DNA of 64,000 bases from a virus. The notes beneath the pieces were generated by a model. That model was not told where the DNA came from and searched no databases. It was given only the letters and a program-made list of their open reading frames with translations. The DNA lies in IMG/VR virus record IMGVR_UViG_3300029605_000149, positions 7,564 through 71,563 of that record; one strand, given 5' to 3'. Both the position numbers and the translations under genes were made by a program. Shown piece by piece: positions 58,145-64,000 of the stretch. Numbering within the stretch: position 1 is the first letter of the stretch; each line of letters starts with the position of its first letter.

Positions 58145-58768
58145 ATGTATATGAAAAAAGAAGATTTTTATAATACAAATAAAGATATGAATAACTTAAC
58201 CACTATGCTGATAGATTTACTTCTTAAAAGATTGCTTGAAGAGAGATACTCAGAGTTTTATACAGAAAGTCTTTCTGAAAGCAAACGGTATTACCATAAT
58301 CCGTTATTGGTCACTAAATATCTTAGATTTGAGTCAGTAATTAAGAGAGGAACCGCTTTATTGATTTTTATTGATTTATTGTTAGAAGTATTTGCTTTAT
58401 TAACCGGGGTTCTCTCTCCCACTTTTGCTTTAATCAGTTGTTGTGTGTTAATTATTTTGCTGTATCTTTGCCTTATTGCTACGATTGATTATGATAAGAA
58501 GAACCGTAAAATTGAATCGTTTATCATTTCCAAAAACTCAGACGGTTCGTTTGTCATAGCCGTTTTATATCGGCATAGGGAACAATTTGCAATTTACAGA
58601 ATAGAAAGTATTACCAATCTGAAAATTGAAAACAAGACAATAATCATTAAATTAAAAGGTTATTTCTTGTATAGTGATGATGAGAAATTTAATGATAACG
58701 GCAAAATAACATTGCCGGCTGTCTATGATGATGAATTAATTGATGATATAAATAAACTAAAGGGATGA
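58145..58768 (+). CDS. hypothetical membrane protein
   Basis: Two to three TM helices mid-protein; translationally coupled to upstream gene. Confidence 0.45.
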   Translation: MYMKKEDFYNTNKDMNNLTTMLIDLLLKRLLEERYSEFYTESLSESKRYYHNPLLVTKYLRFESVIKRGTALLIFIDLLLEVFALLTGVLSPTFALISCCVLIILLYLCLIATIDYDKKNRKIESFIISKNSDGSFVIAVLYRHREQFAIYRIESITNLKIENKTIIIKLKGYFLYSDDEKFNDNGKITLPAVYDDELIDDINKLKG

Positions 58769-58775
58769 TTATAAC

Positions 58776-59861
58776 ATGAAAAGTGAAACCGGATATGACG
58801 CCTATTTTGCAGGACAGCTCGACCTTGCCCCTATCGTTTTGAGGAAATACATAATTAACATGATTGCTATTGAAGGCAAGTCTATGGATACGGTTGTGAG
58901 TTATTTTGGCGATATTTTTTGGCTGTTTAGATATTTAGTTGCTTTAAAAGGTATTGAGATTACATATAAAGGTGATATTCTTTTACCGCATACACACGGA
59001 AATAATGACTACAACGAGATAATTAAGGCTGTATCTGATGTTATAGACACTGATTTCATTAGGAGTATCAGCCGTGATGATATTAAACAGTTTGTTATGT
59101 ATATGGCAAGGCGAAAAGTTAAAGCCAGCACACGAAACAGAAGATTATCAGCAATAAGAAGCTTTTTTGAATTTTGTTGCAATGATGTTCAAATTATTGA
59201 CTCCTCCCCTTGTCAAACTATTACCAATTCAAAAAAGGAAAAAAAGTTACCAAAGTACCTTACTCTTGAAGAATCAGAGAAACTCCTTGCAAGCGTTAAA
59301 GAAGGAAAAAATTATGACCGTAACTACTGCATGCTTACTCTGTTTCTTAATTGTGGTCTGCGTCTTACTGAACTTGTCGATATTGATATTTCGGACATCC
59401 AGAACAATACTCTTCGTATTATGGGTAAGGGTGCCAAGGAGCGTATCCTGCATTTGAATGAATCTTGCATGGTAGCACTTGAAAATTGGTTACAGGTAAG
59501 ATTATCAAATAAGTATTTTGTAAAAGATAAAAATGCTCTTTTTATTTCGGCGAACGAAGGTACTAGATTATCTCGCCGTGCTGTACAGCTTGTAGTATCC
59601 GAAACGCTCAAAGCAGCCGGACTTGACGGCAAAGGGTATTCGACTCATAAGCTTAGACATACAGCTGCAACTCTGATGTATCAATACGGTGATGTGGATG
59701 TCTTAACACTCAAGGAAGTGTTAGGACACGAAGAATTAAGCACAACGCAAATCTATACGCATATTGATAACAAACAAGTGCGTGAAGCACTTGAAAAAAA
59801 TCCCCTTGCACATAAAAATGTAGATTATATAGATGTTAACAATGATAAAAAAGGAGAATAA
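58776..59861 (+). CDS. tyrosine site-specific recombinase (XerC/D-like)
   Basis: C-terminal R...HKLRHTAAT...LGHEELSTTQIYTHI catalytic signature. Confidence 0.85.
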   Translation: MKSETGYDAYFAGQLDLAPIVLRKYIINMIAIEGKSMDTVVSYFGDIFWLFRYLVALKGIEITYKGDILLPHTHGNNDYNEIIKAVSDVIDTDFIRSISRDDIKQFVMYMARRKVKASTRNRRLSAIRSFFEFCCNDVQIIDSSPCQTITNSKKEKKLPKYLTLEESEKLLASVKEGKNYDRNYCMLTLFLNCGLRLTELVDIDISDIQNNTLRIMGKGAKERILHLNESCMVALENWLQVRLSNKYFVKDKNALFISANEGTRLSRRAVQLVVSETLKAAGLDGKGYSTHKLRHTAATLMYQYGDVDVLTLKEVLGHEELSTTQIYTHIDNKQVREALEKNPLAHKNVDYIDVNNDKKGE

Positions 59862-60618
59862 TATGAAAACTATATCTTTTTACAACATTAAAGGTGGAGT
59901 TGCAAAAACGACAAGTACTCTTGCGTTTGCACAAATACTTCACAACGATTACGGTAAGCGTGTGCTTGTATTTGATATTGACAAGCAGGCAAACTCAACC
60001 AAAACACTCGGCTGTTATGATGCAGACGGTCTTTCCTCTGCTGATTTACTTGTATCTAAGAAGAATATTGTCCGTGATGTTATCAAGCACAGCGAGTATG
60101 GTATTGATGTAATACCGGCAAATTACAACCTCATCAAGGCAAATAAGGATGTACTGTACGATGCTCTCCGTCCTCAGCAAACACGATTCAAGGCTCAGCT
60201 TGAGGAAGTTCAGAATGATTATGATTATTGTATTATTGATCATTCTATTGAAGATAATATGGCAGTTGTCAACGGTCTTGTTATTACTGACGATGTGCTT
60301 GTACCAATAAAGTTTGATAGATATGGTCTTGACGGTATGGAGTACGCTCTTGAAACGATTGAAAGTGTAAAGGTATTTAATCCTAATATTCAGCTCAAGG
60401 GTTGTTTTTTGACGATGTATGTTCGTTCCAATCTTTACAAGCAGGGCGAAATCAGCCTGAAAGATGCACTCGGACTAAAATTTCTTAAAACTACAATTTC
60501 TCAAACAGTTAAAGTCGGCGAAAGTACCTTTGATAAGCCTCTTTTGTCGTATGCACCTAAATGTAAAGCGGCTGATGATTATAAAAAACTCGTAGCAGAA
60601 TATCTTTCACTTGATTAA
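59833..60618 (+). CDS. parA: ParA/Soj-family partition ATPase
   Basis: Deviant Walker A IKGGVAKTTST. Confidence 0.85.
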   Translation: MLTMIKKENNMKTISFYNIKGGVAKTTSTLAFAQILHNDYGKRVLVFDIDKQANSTKTLGCYDADGLSSADLLVSKKNIVRDVIKHSEYGIDVIPANYNLIKANKDVLYDALRPQQTRFKAQLEEVQNDYDYCIIDHSIEDNMAVVNGLVITDDVLVPIKFDRYGLDGMEYALETIESVKVFNPNIQLKGCFLTMYVRSNLYKQGEISLKDALGLKFLKTTISQTVKVGESTFDKPLLSYAPKCKAADDYKKLVAEYLSLD

Positions 60619-60638
60619 ATAGCAGGAGGTAATTATTT

Positions 60639-61685
60639 ATGGCTTTTAAACTTGATTCTATTTTTAATTCTAAAACTCTTTCTCAGGCAAATGATTCATA
60701 TAAAGTACAATACATAGAAAGAAGCAAGATTATTCCGAATGAACACAATAAGGAAATTTATTCAACTGACAAAACTCTTTTACTATCCTATGGTATTGAA
60801 GATAAAGGCTTACTCGAACCTTTAATCGTCAAAAAAGATGACGAAGGTACATATACATTGTTGAGTGGTCACCGTAGATTAGCTGCTATTGAAATAATTT
60901 GCAAGCGAAATCCTGATAAGGCATCAGATTTTGAAGTTTTACCATGTATTATAAGAAATGACGACGATGACGAGGAAATTCTCATTGATGCCAATTTTTA
61001 TAATCGTGAAAAAACTGATGCTGAAAAAGCCAAAGAACTTGCAAAGAAAAAGGAAAAACTTGAACAAAGAAAAGCTAACGGTGAAAAAATTAACGGACAG
61101 TTAATTAAACTCATAGCTGAAGATATGAATATAAGTGTTCATCAAGCCAAAAAACTTAATTCAATCAACTTGAATGCTACAGATTCTGTTAAAGATGCGT
61201 TTGATGCAGGAGAGATTACAGTAGAAACCGCTTATCATTTGTCAAAAGCTGATGAGAAAACACAAGATGATTTTATCCAAAATGCAAGAGATAACGATAA
61301 GCCGATTGCTACACATGAGGTAAAAGAAGCAGTCGCAGCGGCAAAGCCTAAAATGTCTGTAATGCCAAAGACTCCAATATCAGATAACGAAAATGCCTCA
61401 AAGCCTACTGTTGGCACTATGTCTGACAATGACGAATATCTTTCATCAGAAGATGACAAACTGAAAAATGTACTTGATGAATGTCAAAAAAAGTTTGTTT
61501 CAGATACAGTTATTCCCGAAGCATCAATTTCAGAGGTAGACGATCTTTGCAAAGAAATTGCAAAAATAATGAGATTGTTTGCATCTGAAAAAGAAATTAC
61601 CTTAAATAAAAACGAGGTTTCGGAAATCAGAAATATATTTGAAAAGGTGCTTTCAAGGCTAACAAATCAGTCAGACACCGTTTGA
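60639..61685 (+). CDS. parB: ParB-like partition protein
   Basis: ParB N-terminal box LLSGHRRLAA; follows parA. Confidence 0.8.
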   Translation: MAFKLDSIFNSKTLSQANDSYKVQYIERSKIIPNEHNKEIYSTDKTLLLSYGIEDKGLLEPLIVKKDDEGTYTLLSGHRRLAAIEIICKRNPDKASDFEVLPCIIRNDDDDEEILIDANFYNREKTDAEKAKELAKKKEKLEQRKANGEKINGQLIKLIAEDMNISVHQAKKLNSINLNATDSVKDAFDAGEITVETAYHLSKADEKTQDDFIQNARDNDKPIATHEVKEAVAAAKPKMSVMPKTPISDNENASKPTVGTMSDNDEYLSSEDDKLKNVLDECQKKFVSDTVIPEASISEVDDLCKEIAKIMRLFASEKEITLNKNEVSEIRNIFEKVLSRLTNQSDTV

Positions 61686-61814
61686 CAAAAAATTAAGAAC
61701 ACTATATAATGTAAAATAGTGATAATAATGCATTTACACTATCCTTTTACACAGCGGTACTACTTTTCATTGTTGTACCGCTGAATGTGTTCTTGTTGGA
61801 CGGAGAGATTGAAT

Positions 61815-62828
61815 ATGAAAAATGAGAAAAAAATCAAGGTGTCCGAAGCTGTAAGATTATTTGCCCATGTTACCGGTAAAGATCCTAATGCTTTTTACAA
61901 ACAAATTGAGCGTAACAGATATACTACACTCGAAACTATAGACGGTGTACAATATTTAAGTTTAGATGAATTATATGCAAATCTTCCTATTAATGAGGAT
62001 GGGGAACATCTCTTGCCGGTTAATACTGTGGCAAAAAATAAAAATATCAATGTTTATGAACTTAAAATGCATATTAACAAAGGGACAATTCCTGCTAAAA
62101 TAATTGGATATCGCACTTACATCAATCCAAAAGATGTTGACTTTTTAATACACTTGCATGATGTCGCTAATTCGCCCGACTATATATCTGTCAAAAAATT
62201 TGCTATTGAAAACAACTTGAATCCATATACTATAATTGCATATGCTACCAAGGGTAAGTTTAAAACTGCTGTAAAAGCTAAAAATCAATGGTTTGTGTCA
62301 AAAGATGATCCTTTTATTAAAGAAATATTAGATATGTCATTACCTGAGGGATATGTATCTATAGAAGAGTACGCTAATCTTCATAATATAGACAGGATGA
62401 AAGTAGTTAATGATGTACGCAGAGGATTATATAAAACAAGTATACTAATCAATCTTCCGGCTAGAAAAGAAAAATGGTTTCTTCATAAAGATGATGTGAG
62501 TGTAATAGATTCATTAACTGAAGTATCAGATGAAAATTTTCTTACCGTTGATGAACTCTCAGAAAAGTTTAATATGAAGAAATCAACGATATTACACAAG
62601 ATTCATAATGGACAGTATCCATCTGCAAAAAAGATTGGTAGCAAGTGGTATGTTAATAGCGAAGAAGTAAAGCCGTTGTATTATGGGCTTGTACGAATTA
62701 AAACATATTCTGATAACCATAATGTATCAGTTGGTATTATCAGGAAAAGAATACATGACGGACTTGTCGAATCTGCCATAAGAGTTGATGGTGTGTGGTA
62801 CCTTGATGACAATGAAATACTTACATAA
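61815..62828 (+). CDS. protein with four to five tandem excisionase/MerR-type HTH (HTH_17-like) repeats
   Basis: Repeated pattern (L)SVDEL...nm...TI...I..G.lp..KIG..WYV..dev; likely start MKNEKK with GGAGAG RBS. Confidence 0.5.
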   Translation: MKNEKKIKVSEAVRLFAHVTGKDPNAFYKQIERNRYTTLETIDGVQYLSLDELYANLPINEDGEHLLPVNTVAKNKNINVYELKMHINKGTIPAKIIGYRTYINPKDVDFLIHLHDVANSPDYISVKKFAIENNLNPYTIIAYATKGKFKTAVKAKNQWFVSKDDPFIKEILDMSLPEGYVSIEEYANLHNIDRMKVVNDVRRGLYKTSILINLPARKEKWFLHKDDVSVIDSLTEVSDENFLTVDELSEKFNMKKSTILHKIHNGQYPSAKKIGSKWYVNSEEVKPLYYGLVRIKTYSDNHNVSVGIIRKRIHDGLVESAIRVDGVWYLDDNEILT

Positions 62829-62901
62829 TTTAACATAGCCTAAGCTATGTAAATACCTAAAAAAAGCTTTCACAAAATTTTGATGAAAGCTTTTTTAAGT
62901 A

Positions 62902-62930
62902 TTGACAAAATAAGTAATAATGGCTATAAT
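62902..62930 (+). promoter_or_regulatory. consensus promoter TTGACA-17-TATAAT
   Basis: Exact hexamers; downstream GTAATTA shared with the promoter at 57146. Confidence 0.5.
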
Positions 62931-63175
62931 GTAATTATAGAAATAGATTGCTATATATGTCGGAATTATTTAGATACTGACTACGGCTCATAACCGGATT
63001 CCGACTTTCTCTTTTTTAAAACATACACAAAACAAACCGTGCAAACACATGGGGATTGCTTAAGACCATTACAACGAAAGTGAAGATCGCTTTGGAATTA
63101 AGAAACTCTGTGTCATCGTGTATGTTTCTTCTGACACAGAGTATGTTTGAGTTTTTAAGAAATTATAATGAATAA

Positions 63176-63787
63176 ATGGTATTAAAGTATAAAGATGGTG
63201 ATTTGATGAATGAGAAAAAAATCGTTCTTAACGAAGCTCAAAAAATGTTAGTAGAAAAAAATCTATCTATTGTTCAGATAGTTATCAATAAGTTTATGCG
63301 TAACATTCAAGGAGATAATATCACTCCTGATTATAGCAAAGAAGATGCAATTCAGGATGGTTATTTGGCACTTTGCAAGGCAGCATTTACTTTTGATTAT
63401 GGAAAAAATATTCCGTTTGAAGGATATGCAACTACTGTTGTACATAATTATGTTTATTCTCAGATGCAGAAGTATTTCAAAAAGAAAGAAAGTTCTTTAG
63501 ATGATATTTTAAATGCTTTTGTTAGAGAAGAATGTGATGAATTATTCTGCTGTGAAACTAAAGAATTTCTTGCAACTGTTAATCGCCTAATCAACGAAAG
63601 AGAACATACTTACAATGCTAAAGTTCCTCATGCATATGATGTATTTAAAATGAGAACTGTACATGGATTAAAAAATAAAGATATTGCTCAAATACTGAAC
63701 ATAAGCGTATCTGATGTGTCATATAAATATACTCTTGCTAAATCAGACATCAGACGCTATGCTTCGATAGCAAATATTGCTTGCTAA
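63176..63787 (+). CDS. sigma-70 family RNA polymerase sigma factor (regions 2 and 4)
   Basis: Region 2-like DAIQDGYLALCKAAFTFD...FEGYATTVVHNYV; region 4 HTH NKDIAQILNISVSDVS. Confidence 0.75.
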   Translation: MVLKYKDGDLMNEKKIVLNEAQKMLVEKNLSIVQIVINKFMRNIQGDNITPDYSKEDAIQDGYLALCKAAFTFDYGKNIPFEGYATTVVHNYVYSQMQKYFKKKESSLDDILNAFVREECDELFCCETKEFLATVNRLINEREHTYNAKVPHAYDVFKMRTVHGLKNKDIAQILNISVSDVSYKYTLAKSDIRRYASIANIAC

Positions 63788-63796
63788 TATTTTACA

Positions 63797-63830
63797 GGGT
63801 ACCAAATGGTACCATGTTTTTTTTTATATA
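63797..63830 (+). terminator. rho-independent terminator
   Basis: GGTACCA / TGGTACC stem followed by T9. Confidence 0.55.
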
Positions 63831-64000
63831 TAAATCGAAAAAACACTTGAAAACGAAGAGGTAATATGATAATATATAGGTGTTGACAATGTACAGTCGT
63901 TTCCTTTGGATAGGTTAGAATTCGTCAATCTGTAAAACGATTAGATTGCAGAAAAGGATAATACTCAAAGGTAGTATGTACCGCTGCAATATTGCCGGTC

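Noticed and set aside
57040-63830. Recurring GGTACC-containing palindromes (57042-57061, 61752-61785, 63800-63815) as a specific repeated site
   Set aside because: GGTACC is self-complementary and expected several times by chance in 64 kb. Two of the three occurrences are simply terminator or hairpin stems.
1-64000. CRISPR arrays, rRNA, tRNA
   Set aside because: No regularly spaced direct repeats and no rRNA-like conserved blocks were seen. tRNAs cannot be excluded by eye, but no cloverleaf-like GC-rich 75-nt islands were noticed in the intergenic regions.

Overview
This window is AT-rich DNA typical of Firmicutes or Clostridia, and it contains two nested mobile elements.

**Host backbone (1-12599 and 44612-64000).** This looks like a conjugative plasmid or ICE segment. 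It carries:
- a Rep_3-type replication initiator with three upstream 13-bp iterons;
- a type IV secretion cluster: a small pilin-like membrane protein, a VirB6-like polytopic protein, a VirB3-like protein, a VirB4-family ATPase and a CHAP cell-wall hydrolase;
- two sortases, Big_2 surface proteins and an SPFH protein;
- a tyrosine recombinase followed by ParA/ParB, a multi-HTH protein and a sigma-70 family factor.

**Prophage (12600-44611, 32,012 bp).** The VirB4 gene is split by a Mu-like transposable prophage. The element begins 5'-TG and ends CA-3', is flanked by a 5-bp target-site duplication (GTGTT), and has imperfect terminal inverted repeats (TGT-N3-TTTTCG). Joining the flanks restores one continuous VirB4 reading frame. 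Phage map, running high to low coordinates:
- CI/LexA-like S24 repressor on the + strand, divergent from a Ner/Cro-like gene;
- MuA-like DDE transposase and MuB-like AAA+ ATPase;
- small early genes, a Mor-like activator followed by a dyad/terminator element, a Mu gp27-like small terminase and a NusG/RfaH-like paralog;
- large terminase, portal, a MuF-like protein with a C-terminal extension, scaffold and capsid;
- siphovirus tail module: tape measure, Dit, Tal, and a fibre with an SGNH esterase domain;
- holin, amidase endolysin, an orphan Dam methyltransferase and an XRE regulator at the far end (the position Mu's mom gene occupies).

**Other observations.** A possible frameshift splits the VirB6-like gene tail. 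A compositionally distinct GC-richer cargo gene sits behind a 15-codon uORF and a consensus promoter. Nested palindromes and a lipoprotein moron lie in front of the tape-measure gene, and several operator-like repeat sets are described below. I saw no rRNA, tRNA or CRISPR array.
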